From an uncultured Candidatus Saccharibacteria bacterium (GTDB lineage: Bacteria; Patescibacteriota; Minisyncoccia; Phycocordibacterales; UBA2163): a stretch of 64,000 nucleotides of DNA. The notes beneath the pieces were generated by a model, which ran no database searches, was not told where the DNA came from, and saw only the letters and a program-made list of their open reading frames with translations. How positions within the stretch are numbered: position 1 is the first letter of the stretch; each line of letters begins with the position of its first letter. Positions 30,581 to 39,106 of this stretch are shown here, piece by piece. Position numbers and translations under genes: made by a program. Where the stretch lies: the NCBI GenBank assembly GCA_964626705.1, contig CAZVGL010000002.1, forward strand, positions 386 to 64,385, written 5' to 3'.

Positions 30581-31675
30581 ATGCTTAAGAAAATCGACAG
30601 GCCGTTTTTAATAACAGTTATTATCCTAGTAGTTGCAGGATTTTTTATTTTCACTTCTGCATCACTCGGACTTTTAGCACGTGACGGAGCACGATTTTCT
30701 TCTGTAGCATTTAGTCAGTTTTTCTTAGGGATCTTCCTTGGCGCTATAGCACTTCTTATAACAACAAAGATCAAATATACGTTTTGGAGAAAGTACGCAT
30801 TTTATATATTTATAGGATCAGCCATAGCAACATTGCTTGTATTTGTACCTGGTCTTGGTGTGTCGTCAGGAGGTGCACAACGTTGGCTTGATTTTGGTTT
30901 TGTAACATTCCAACCTGCAGAAATGCTTAAGATAGGGTTTGTAATATATTTTGCTGCATGGCTTACAAATGCAAAAGACAGACTACACACAATAGGACAT
31001 GGAATAGTACCTTTTGTTGTACTGCTTGCCATAACAGGTGGAATACTTTTGTCTCAACCTGACACTGGTACACAACTTGTAATACTCGCTTCCGGTATCG
31101 CAATGTTCATCGCTGCTGGCGCAAGGTGGCGTGACATATTTGCACTCGGAGGCATAGCTGGAGTATCACTGACAGTACTTGCGTATATACAACCATATGT
31201 AAAAGACAGGATACTTACTTTCATAAACCCAGCGAGTGATGCTTTAGGTTCTGGCTGGCAGATAAAACAATCGCTTATAGCAATAGGCTCAGGAGAGATA
31301 TTTGGGCGAGGTTTTGGGCAGAGTGTACAAAAGTTTCAATATCTTCCAGAGCCAGTAGGGGACTCTATTTTTGCAGTAGCAGCAGAGGAGTTTGGCTTTA
31401 TAGGAAGTGCTTTTATAATCACACTTTTTCTCTTTCTTGCTTTTAGGGGACTTAAAATAGCAACAAAAGCCCCTGACAACTTTAGTGGACTGGTAGTTGT
31501 TGGAATTGTTATACTTATAGCATCACAGTCGTTTATAAATATAGGGTCAATGCTGGGAGTAATGCCACTCACTGGTCTTCCGCTTTTATTTATAAGCCAT
31601 GGTGGAAGTGCTCTACTTTTTGCATTGGCGGAAATAGGTATTGTACTTAATATATCGAAATTTAGAAAAATTTAA
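30581..31675 (+). CDS. ftsW: SEDS-family peptidoglycan glycosyltransferase FtsW/RodA
   Basis: 364 aa with 10 TM helices. SEDS blocks (GAQRWLDFGFVTFQPAEMLKIGFVIYFA; QSLIAIGSGEIFGRGFGQS). Confidence 0.85.
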   Translation: MLKKIDRPFLITVIILVVAGFFIFTSASLGLLARDGARFSSVAFSQFFLGIFLGAIALLITTKIKYTFWRKYAFYIFIGSAIATLLVFVPGLGVSSGGAQRWLDFGFVTFQPAEMLKIGFVIYFAAWLTNAKDRLHTIGHGIVPFVVLLAITGGILLSQPDTGTQLVILASGIAMFIAAGARWRDIFALGGIAGVSLTVLAYIQPYVKDRILTFINPASDALGSGWQIKQSLIAIGSGEIFGRGFGQSVQKFQYLPEPVGDSIFAVAAEEFGFIGSAFIITLFLFLAFRGLKIATKAPDNFSGLVVVGIVILIASQSFINIGSMLGVMPLTGLPLLFISHGGSALLFALAEIGIVLNISKFRKI

Positions 31676-31685
31676 TTATTTAAAA

Positions 31686-32816
31686 ATGAAAATAGTATTT
31701 ACAGGTGGGGGAACAGGAGGACATTTTTATCCTATAATAGCCGTCGCAGAAGAAATAAATAATGTTGCAAAAGAACAAAGATTGCTTACCCCAAAGCTAT
31801 ATTATATTGCACCTGAAAAATACGATGCACGAGCTCTGTACGAAAACAATATAACATTCAAGAAAAGTCCGGCTGGAAAAATACGTAGATATTTTTCCAT
31901 TTGGAACTTAATAGATAAATTTAAAACAGGTATCGGTGTAATAAAAGCAACACTTCAACTTTTTGCTATTTATCCAGACGTAGTGTTCAGCAAGGGTGGG
32001 TATGCAAGCTTTCCAACTGTATTTGCTGCAAAGATATTACGCATACCTGTTATTATCCATGAGTCTGATGCGGTGCCAGGTAGAGTAAACCTTTGGTCAG
32101 GAAAATTTGCTGTGAAGATAGCTGTGTCATACCCAGAAGCAGTTTCTTTTTTTGACAGAGAAAAGGTTGCTTTCACAGGCAACCCTGTGAGAAGAGAGTT
32201 ATTCACACTCGCACATGAAGGGGCACATGAATACCTTAAACTAGAAAAAAATGTACCAACTATCTTAGTACTTGGAGGTTCACAAGGTGCAAAAAGAATA
32301 AACGATACACTCATGGAAGCTCTACCGAGACTTGTAGAGAAGTACCAAATCATTCACCAAACAGGGAAGAAGAACTTTAAAGAAATAAAATCAACAACAC
32401 GGATAATATTAGAGGGGACAGAGTACGCACATAGATATAAACCGTTTGATTTTCTAAACACCCTTGCAATGCGTATGTCAGGTGGTGCTGCAGACTTAGT
32501 AGTATCTCGTGCTGGATCAGGTGCAATAGCTGAAATAGCTCTATGGGGACTGCCCAGTATTATAGTTCCTATTTCACAAAATGTGTCACACGACCAACAT
32601 AAGAATGCCTTTACGTACTCAAGAAGCGGTGCAACCGTAGTTATTGAAGAAAAAAATTTCACACCAAACCTACTCGCTTCTGAAATAGACCGACTCATAA
32701 GTGACAAGACTCTTACAAAAAAGATGCGTGACGGCGCAAAAGAATTTGCAAAGCCAGACGCTGCACGAAAGATAGCAGAGGGGATTATAGCAACAGCTCT
32801 CAAACACGAGGAGTAA
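31686..32816 (+). CDS. murG: UDP-GlcNAc--lipid I N-acetylglucosaminyltransferase
   Basis: KIVFTGGGTGGHFYP N-terminal motif and a GT-B C-domain. ATG at 31686 is preferred. The track start at 31641 overlaps ftsW and adds 15 non-conserved residues. Confidence 0.9.
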   Translation: MKIVFTGGGTGGHFYPIIAVAEEINNVAKEQRLLTPKLYYIAPEKYDARALYENNITFKKSPAGKIRRYFSIWNLIDKFKTGIGVIKATLQLFAIYPDVVFSKGGYASFPTVFAAKILRIPVIIHESDAVPGRVNLWSGKFAVKIAVSYPEAVSFFDREKVAFTGNPVRRELFTLAHEGAHEYLKLEKNVPTILVLGGSQGAKRINDTLMEALPRLVEKYQIIHQTGKKNFKEIKSTTRIILEGTEYAHRYKPFDFLNTLAMRMSGGAADLVVSRAGSGAIAEIALWGLPSIIVPISQNVSHDQHKNAFTYSRSGATVVIEEKNFTPNLLASEIDRLISDKTLTKKMRDGAKEFAKPDAARKIAEGIIATALKHEE

Positions 32817-33447
32817 TAGTTTTTATTATATTCTCATGAACTTCTTCTACGGACGGAGTAGCATCTATATCTAGAAATATAAAATCAGAGTGATCTTTTA
32901 AAGACTCCATGACTATATCTGTCTTTATACGATATACATCAATCCTATTTTTTATAACCTCATGCGCATCATCGATCCTCTTTGAACCATCTTTTGCTGT
33001 ACGATTTATTAATCTTTCTTGCAGAACTTCATCTGACGCACATAAGCGAATAAAATATCTCTTACTTTCAGGCATCACATAGTGCATAAGTTTATTATAT
33101 GTATCCACTTCATCTTGATTACGAAGTATTCCTTCAAATATAATATGACTTTTCCCATCATTTTTTTTTAATAAAGTTTGCGTGATCAAATCCATCGTCA
33201 TGGCACCAGGAATAGTTTCTCCTTTAATATAAATACTTTCATGTATTATGCTTTTCATATGTTCTGTATAAAAAGGATTCTCTGTAGTCTCTCTTAGTCT
33301 TGTTCCATTGTCATGACGTATAACCTCAATATTTGAATTATCTTTTAATAGAAACTCTTCTAACTTATCTGCTTGAGTCTCTTTTCCAGAACCAGGGGGT
33401 CCAACAACGATAAAAATACTTGGTTTTGTAAATATATTTTTTGACAT
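32800..33447 (-). CDS. P-loop nucleoside monophosphate kinase family protein (adenylate kinase-like)
   Basis: FIVVGPPGSGKETQA P-loop and an AK-like LID segment (KRIDDAHEVIKNRIDVYR). 215 aa. Exact substrate unknown. Confidence 0.5.
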   Translation of the reverse strand: MSKNIFTKPSIFIVVGPPGSGKETQADKLEEFLLKDNSNIEVIRHDNGTRLRETTENPFYTEHMKSIIHESIYIKGETIPGAMTMDLITQTLLKKNDGKSHIIFEGILRNQDEVDTYNKLMHYVMPESKRYFIRLCASDEVLQERLINRTAKDGSKRIDDAHEVIKNRIDVYRIKTDIVMESLKDHSDFIFLDIDATPSVEEVHENIIKTITPRV

Positions 33448-33502
33448 ATGGATATGTTACACTGATTATATTATATAAACAAATCAAGACGTAAAAAGTA
33501 AC

Positions 33503-34849
33503 ATGAGCGAGGATAAGAACAAAGAAATACGAACACGAATAGCGCCGTCGCCGACGGGGGATTTGCATATTGGGACTACACGCACAGCTTTGTTTAGCTA
33601 TCTTTTTGCAAAGCAAAATAATGGGAAGTTTATAATGCGTATTGAGGATACTGATAAAGAACGTAGTGAAGAAAAATTTGAAAAAGATATCCTAGAAGGT
33701 TTAAAATGGCTTGGTCTTAAGGCGGATGAAACACATCGCCAATCAGAACGTACAGATGTATATAGTAAATATATTCAACAAATGCTTGATGCTAATACTG
33801 CTTACATATCAAAAGAAGAAAGTAAAAAAGAAGTTGGAAAAGAAATAGAAGTAGTGCGTCTTAAAAACCAGAATAAGAAAGTTAAATTTGAAGATATAGT
33901 TAGAGGAGAGATAGAGTTCGACACTACAGAACTTGGTGATTTTGTAGTAGCCCGTAGTGTAAGCGAGCCGTTGTATCATTTGGCTGTAGTGATAGATGAC
34001 AACGAAATGTGTATCACTCATGTTATCCGTGGAGAGGACCATATATCTAATACTCCACGTCAGATCCTTATACAAGAAGCGCTAGGAATAGAGCGACCTA
34101 AATATGCCCATATTCCGCTCATTTTGGCCCCAGATAGGTCCAAAATGTCTAAACGGCGTAATGCCACCTCAATTACAGAATACCGCGAAAAAGGCTATAT
34201 TTCTAGCGCTTTGGTCAACTATATGGCTCTACTTGGCTGGAATCCAGGCACAGAACAGGAATTATTTACTTTAGACGAGCTAATAGCAGAATTTAGCCTA
34301 GAAAACATACAGAAGGGTGGGGCTATTTTTGATATAGAAAAGCTCAATTGGTTCAATAAGGAATACATAAAGAAAATGTTGGACACCGAGTGTCCAACAT
34401 TTCTAACAGAGATCAAAAAGTATCTTTCTGGTGATGATGAAATAATAAAGAAAATTATTCCTATAATTACAGAGAGAATAAATGTGTTTGAAGATATTGA
34501 AGAAATGAAAAAAGCAGGGGAGTTAGATTACTTTTTTAATCAGCCAGAATATGACGCAAAAAATTTACTTTGGAAACAAGATAATGATCTAAAAGTTTCA
34601 GCTGAGCATTTAAAGAAAGTTATAAATTTACTTGAAAAAATTTCTGAAGATAATTTTACTCAGGATGAGATCAAAAAAGCAGTCTGGGAATATGCCACAG
34701 AAGTTGGAAGGGGGTCAGTCCTCTGGCCGATGCGCTACGCACTATCAGGTCGCGACAAATCACCAGATCCATTCCAGCTTGCAGAAGTATTAGGAAAAGA
34801 CGAAACTATAAATCGCATAAACAATGCAATTAATAAAATCGCTGGATAA
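33503..34849 (+). CDS. gltX: glutamyl-tRNA synthetase
   Basis: RIAPSPTGDLHIGTTRTALFSY (HIGH motif), KMSKR, and HLAVVIDDNEMCITHVIRGEDHISNTPRQ. 448 aa. Confidence 0.9.
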   Translation: MSEDKNKEIRTRIAPSPTGDLHIGTTRTALFSYLFAKQNNGKFIMRIEDTDKERSEEKFEKDILEGLKWLGLKADETHRQSERTDVYSKYIQQMLDANTAYISKEESKKEVGKEIEVVRLKNQNKKVKFEDIVRGEIEFDTTELGDFVVARSVSEPLYHLAVVIDDNEMCITHVIRGEDHISNTPRQILIQEALGIERPKYAHIPLILAPDRSKMSKRRNATSITEYREKGYISSALVNYMALLGWNPGTEQELFTLDELIAEFSLENIQKGGAIFDIEKLNWFNKEYIKKMLDTECPTFLTEIKKYLSGDDEIIKKIIPIITERINVFEDIEEMKKAGELDYFFNQPEYDAKNLLWKQDNDLKVSAEHLKKVINLLEKISEDNFTQDEIKKAVWEYATEVGRGSVLWPMRYALSGRDKSPDPFQLAEVLGKDETINRINNAINKIAG

Positions 34850-34987
34850 GGTCGTTCCTCGAGGAGGAGTGATAGCGACGGGAGAGGTGCGACCTTGAAG
34901 GAATTGGTACAGATACCTTATTATGGTATACAAATATTAAAAGCAAAAAATCTGACTCTATGTCGGATTTTTTGGTATAATAGTTTA

Positions 34988-35995
34988 ATGTTAAAAAAGA
35001 TAGAAGATAAACAAGACAAAGGGGAAATAATTATCTACCAAACTTCTAAAAAAGAAGTCGGTTTAAAGGTACGACTTGAAAAAGATACTGTGTGGCTTGA
35101 TGCACATCAGATTTCAGAATTATTTAACATCGATAGAACAGTTATTGTCAAACATATTAGAAATGTATACAAGACTGATGAGCTAGCCGAAAAAGCAACC
35201 TGTGCAAAAATTGCACAGGTTGCGGCTGATGGGAAGATACGAAAGATGAATACTTATAACCTAGATATGATTATAAGTATTGGGTATCGTGTTAACTCCA
35301 AGAATGCTACGCAATTTAGAGTTTGGGCGACAAAGGTATTAAGACAACATATTCTACAAGGGTATACAATCAATGAAAATCGGCTTTTAGAGGCGCGAGA
35401 CAAGTTTAGAGAATTACAAACGGCTGTCAGTTTTCTACAAAATAAAGCGCAAAAAAAGCAATTAAAAGGACAAGAAAAAGAAATTCTGAATTTATTAGCT
35501 GACTATTCAAAAACACTTACTATTCTGGAACAATATGATAAAGGAAAACTTAAAACACCGAAAGGTAAAAAAGCAAGTTTTGTTCTTGAGTACGAAAAAT
35601 ATCAAGATGTAGTTTTGGAGCTTAAAAAAGAATTAATTTCTAAAAAAGAAGCAAGCGATATATTTGGCAATGACGTAACTAATAAATTTGACAGTATAAT
35701 AGCAAATCTATACCAGACATTTGGTGGAAAAGAGCTATATAAAGGACTTGAAGATAAAGCGGCGCATCTTTTGTATCTTACTATCAAAGATCACCCTTTT
35801 ACAGATGGTAACAAACGCATTGGGGCATTTTCTTTTGTATATTTTCTAGATAAAAATAATTACCTTCATCGTAAAAATGGAGAGAGAAAAATTAATGACA
35901 ATGCATTAACGGCTTTGGCGCTTCTTATTGCTGAAAGCGATCCAAAAGAAAAAGATGTTATTATAAAAATTATTATTAACCTACTACACGATTAA
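34988..35995 (+). CDS. RhuM-family N-domain fused to Fic/Doc-family domain
   Basis: N-terminal RhuM-like block (DAHQISELFNIDRTVIVKHIRNVY...FRVWATKVLRQHILQGY). C-terminal Doc-type motif HPFTDGNKRIGA (HxFx[DE]GNKR). ATG at 34988 lies 7 nt after an extended -10 TGGTATAAT. The track start at 34895 is in a GC-rich structured spacer. Confidence 0.75.
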   Translation: MLKKIEDKQDKGEIIIYQTSKKEVGLKVRLEKDTVWLDAHQISELFNIDRTVIVKHIRNVYKTDELAEKATCAKIAQVAADGKIRKMNTYNLDMIISIGYRVNSKNATQFRVWATKVLRQHILQGYTINENRLLEARDKFRELQTAVSFLQNKAQKKQLKGQEKEILNLLADYSKTLTILEQYDKGKLKTPKGKKASFVLEYEKYQDVVLELKKELISKKEASDIFGNDVTNKFDSIIANLYQTFGGKELYKGLEDKAAHLLYLTIKDHPFTDGNKRIGAFSFVYFLDKNNYLHRKNGERKINDNALTALALLIAESDPKEKDVIIKIIINLLHD

Positions 35996-36201
35996 AATAA
36001 ATTATGCTCAAAAAGATTATTTTGTTAATACACCGAGCGTTACACCAATACTAAGCCTTAAATATTAATTATCCCACATACTGTAAATGGAATGGAAAAG
36101 GAGTTTCGTATCTTTTCCATCGTCTAAACAAATAATCTTGAGTGGAGATATCCACATACGTTTCGTATTAAATCTTAAAAAAACATATATACTATATATA
36201 A

Positions 36202-37248
36202 ATGCAAAAAATAATAACTAAAACTATAATATTACTCGCAGTTTTAACATTAGCATTATCGGTGAACTATATATTCGCAGCGTGGGTAGGGCCAACAGAA
36301 GCTCCGCCTGGAGGAAATACTCCGACACCTATTCATATTGGCACAACAGATCAAGTAAAAGACGCGGGGTTGTCACTCGACGCTCTTTCTGTGTTTGGTG
36401 GTGGATATTTTCAGGGTAGTGTGGGAGTCGGTGTGGTTACACCTACAGAATCACTTGAAGTTGCTGGTGGTGTAAAGGTTGGCAACAGTACAAATACAAA
36501 TGCTGGAACCATACGCTGGACTGGGACAGATTTCGAAGGATATGACGGGACAGAATGGAAATCCCTAACTTCTGAAGGTGGTACAACTATAATATCTGGA
36601 GATGCTACGGATTGTAATAATGTTGGTGGAAATTGGGTGGAAGCTCAAGGCGTTTGCTATATTCCTGGCACAAGTTGTCCTGCTAACTGGACATCGAAAG
36701 AAAATTATAGCAGTACGAGTGGTGATAGTTGCGCAGGTTACCCAAATGAAGGTAATTATGAGGGTGAACCTTGTGAAAATGCACCATATTCATGTTCAAC
36801 AGGATCTCATGTAAGAGAAAATTCAGGAACTGAATCCTGTAGATACAATCGTCTAGTTCGTCGTCGTGATTGTGCATATCAACCAAATCAATCATGCACC
36901 GCCACTCAAACAGAAGTTGGTTGTGAGAAAGCGTCAACAAAATGTAACAATGATGGCGGCGACTGGAATGATGCCCAAGATGTTTGTTATATAGCTGGTG
37001 CAAGCTGTCCTTCTGGATGGAAATCAAAAGAAAACTATAGCAGTAGTGTACCGAACACTTGCCAAGGAAGAAATGACGAAGGAAATATCTGTGGTCAAGA
37101 AACAGACTGCTCAACAGGCTCTCATGCTAGAGAAAATATTGTCATAGAAAGTTGTGTATATCAAGATACTTACTACTACACAAGCTGTCAGCCAACATTT
37201 GGTACCTGCAATGCTGCTCAAACTGAGATTGGATGTATCATAAATTAA
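36202..37248 (+). CDS. secreted Cys-rich repeat protein (paralog B, two tandem C-terminal Cys-rich modules)
   Basis: Same signal peptide and N-domain as 29756..30517. It is then followed by two ~100-aa Cys-rich modules, each ending [TA]QTE[IV]GC. Confidence 0.7.
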   Translation: MQKIITKTIILLAVLTLALSVNYIFAAWVGPTEAPPGGNTPTPIHIGTTDQVKDAGLSLDALSVFGGGYFQGSVGVGVVTPTESLEVAGGVKVGNSTNTNAGTIRWTGTDFEGYDGTEWKSLTSEGGTTIISGDATDCNNVGGNWVEAQGVCYIPGTSCPANWTSKENYSSTSGDSCAGYPNEGNYEGEPCENAPYSCSTGSHVRENSGTESCRYNRLVRRRDCAYQPNQSCTATQTEVGCEKASTKCNNDGGDWNDAQDVCYIAGASCPSGWKSKENYSSSVPNTCQGRNDEGNICGQETDCSTGSHARENIVIESCVYQDTYYYTSCQPTFGTCNAAQTEIGCIIN

Positions 37249-37265
37249 TTTAAAGTAATGGCTAC

Positions 37266-37293
37266 AAAAAATCCGCAAATTAGCGGATTTTTT
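37266..37293 (+). terminator. rho-independent terminator after the paralog-B gene; its T-tract merges into the next promoter
   Basis: Stem aaaaaatccgc / gcggatttttt with loop aaatta. It is followed directly by GGTATAAT. Confidence 0.6.
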
Positions 37294-37310
37294 GGTATAA
37301 TAATTTAATG
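37294..37310 (+). promoter_or_regulatory. extended -10 (TGGTATAAT) positioned 6 nt from the ATG: leaderless-type start module
   Basis: TATAAT at 37296-37301, then aattta, then ATG at 37308. The same architecture and near-identical sequence occur at 34974-34990 and 30567-30583. Confidence 0.5.
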
Positions 37311-38573
37311 CTTAAAAAGACATTTATTATTCTAATACTAATATTTGTAGGGTTTAGTACCACTCACGCTTCTATTGTAGATGAGCTAAAAGACCGTATA
37401 TCAGACAGAAATACTAAAATAGAAGAACTTGAAAAAGAGATTGTAAAATACCAAAAAGACCTTGAAGTAGTTGGGGAAGAAAAACAAACTCTTAACAGTG
37501 AGGTAAAAACACTAGACATATCGCGACAAAAGATAGGGACTGATATAAAATTAACCCAAAACAAAATAGACTCTACAAATTACCAAATACAAGATCTTTC
37601 CTTAGATATTAACGGAAAAGAAAACAGTATAAGTAAAAACACAGAAGTTATAGCAGAGACGATACGTACGATGAATGAAATAGAGTCTGAATCTCTTATT
37701 GAGATAATACTGTCAAATAACGATCTTTCAGAGTTCCTCAACCAAATAGACACACTGCAACAGTTCCAGTCAAAAATGCGTGATGACATAAAACGCCTAA
37801 CTTCACTGAAAGAAGATCTAGAAGATAAGAAAGGACAAACAGAGAAAAAGAAAAAGGAGCTTGCAAATTTTAAAGGCGACTTGTCTGACCAAAAATATGT
37901 ACTTGATATAAACAGAAAAGACAAAAACACACTTCTTAGTATTACAAAAAACAAAGAGTCTAACTATCAAAAACTTTTAGATGAAAAAGTTGAAGCCCGC
38001 AAAGCTTTTGAACGTGAACTTTTAGATTTAGAATCACAACTTCAGATAGAGATAGATACTTCCAAAATCGCAAAAGCGGGGAAGGGCGTGCTTGCATGGC
38101 CACTTGATAAAGTTACAGTTACACAATATTTCGGTAACACAAAGTTTGCAAAGTCAGGTGGGTACAACGGAAGTGGGCATAATGGAATGGACTTTCGTGC
38201 TACAACTGGTACAAAAGTCAAAGCTGCACTTACTGGAACAGTAGTGGCTGTTGGAAATACAGACGCAGTGAAAGGTTGTTACTCTTATGGTAAATTTGTA
38301 CTAATAAAGCACAACAATGGCCTTTCAACCCTTTATGCTCACTTAAGTTTTGCGAGCGTTAAAAAAGGAGATACTGTAATCACCAGTGATGTGATCGGCT
38401 ACTCCGGCAACACAGGCTACTCAACAGGGCCGCATCTTCACTTTACAGTTTACGCCAGCCAAGGTGTGCAGATCGTCCGTTATGGAGACTACAAAGCTAA
38501 AACAAACTGCGCTGACGCCAATATACCAGTCGCCCCACTTAATGCGTATTTGAATCCTATTGATTATTTATAA
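37308..38573 (+). CDS. M23-family peptidoglycan endopeptidase with N-terminal coiled-coil (EnvC/NlpD-like)
   Basis: Signal/TM anchor, then about 230 aa of coiled-coil. LytM domain with HxxxD (GHNGMDF) and HLH motif (YSGNTGYSTGPHLHFTVY). Confidence 0.85.
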   Translation: MLKKTFIILILIFVGFSTTHASIVDELKDRISDRNTKIEELEKEIVKYQKDLEVVGEEKQTLNSEVKTLDISRQKIGTDIKLTQNKIDSTNYQIQDLSLDINGKENSISKNTEVIAETIRTMNEIESESLIEIILSNNDLSEFLNQIDTLQQFQSKMRDDIKRLTSLKEDLEDKKGQTEKKKKELANFKGDLSDQKYVLDINRKDKNTLLSITKNKESNYQKLLDEKVEARKAFERELLDLESQLQIEIDTSKIAKAGKGVLAWPLDKVTVTQYFGNTKFAKSGGYNGSGHNGMDFRATTGTKVKAALTGTVVAVGNTDAVKGCYSYGKFVLIKHNNGLSTLYAHLSFASVKKGDTVITSDVIGYSGNTGYSTGPHLHFTVYASQGVQIVRYGDYKAKTNCADANIPVAPLNAYLNPIDYL

Positions 38574-39063
38574 AATATTGTATTTTATATTGTGCGACAC
38601 TAAAATAGGCGATTGGTCTAAGAGGGTATAGAAGAGTGAGAAAAGAGTCTCAAAATTGATCTGTGAGGTATTTTTATAGGTACTATGGTACCAGTAGGTA
38701 TTGGTCGCAAGCTTGTTATTTTTAGAGAAAATTTAAAAAGTGGTTTTTTATTTAAAAGTAATAAAATATATTTTATAGAGAATTTAGAAAAAGAGATGGG
38801 TGAAGACATTTTTGGAAAACAGTAGTATCAAACTAAGTAGCACACATCTGATACAACTTAACGCACACAGAGTCGTGTACGCGTTTTTATTTCTATTTAA
38901 AGGGAAGTAGCTTAAGAGGAATCCCACCCTTTGTTTTAATATCAATGTCGGAAAAGATATATTGTGCGACGTATATATAAAATAAACATCTCGCCAAAAC
39001 GATACCTTCCCTTTTAAAACATATCTAAATTATTTTTATTTATGTGTGGTCAATTATTTAATA

Positions 39064-39106
39064 CAAAACCACCCGCGTGTCTTACGACACGCGGGTGGTT
39101 TTTATT
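39064..39106. terminator. bidirectional stem-loop terminator
   Basis: 13-bp perfect stem ccacccgcgtgtc / gacacgcgggtgg flanked by A- and T-runs. It is 3' of the minus-strand gene ending at 39113. Confidence 0.65.

Noticed and set aside
31641-31685. Upstream start for murG overlapping ftsW
   Set aside because: The conserved MurG N-terminus begins MKIVFTGGG at 31686. The 15 extra residues are not conserved and overlap the ftsW stop region.
34895-34987. Upstream start (MKELVQ...) given by the ORF track for the Fic/Doc gene
   Set aside because: The extra 31 codons run through a GC-rich hairpin and a promoter-like TGGTATAAT. The downstream ATG at 34988 reproduces the exact TATAAT-N6-ATG spacing seen at other genes and a conserved MLKK start.
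36602-37114. ORFs 36602..36814 (+) and 36683..37114 (-) inside the paralog-B gene
   Set aside because: They are alternative frames of a gene with a clear signal peptide and repeated Cys modules. They have no independent signals.
29756-37248. The two Cys-rich paralogs as terminal repeats of a mobile element
   Set aside because: No integrase, transposase or recombinase lies between or beside them. The intervening genes (ftsW, murG, gltX) are core housekeeping. Shared sequence is confined to the coding N-termini.
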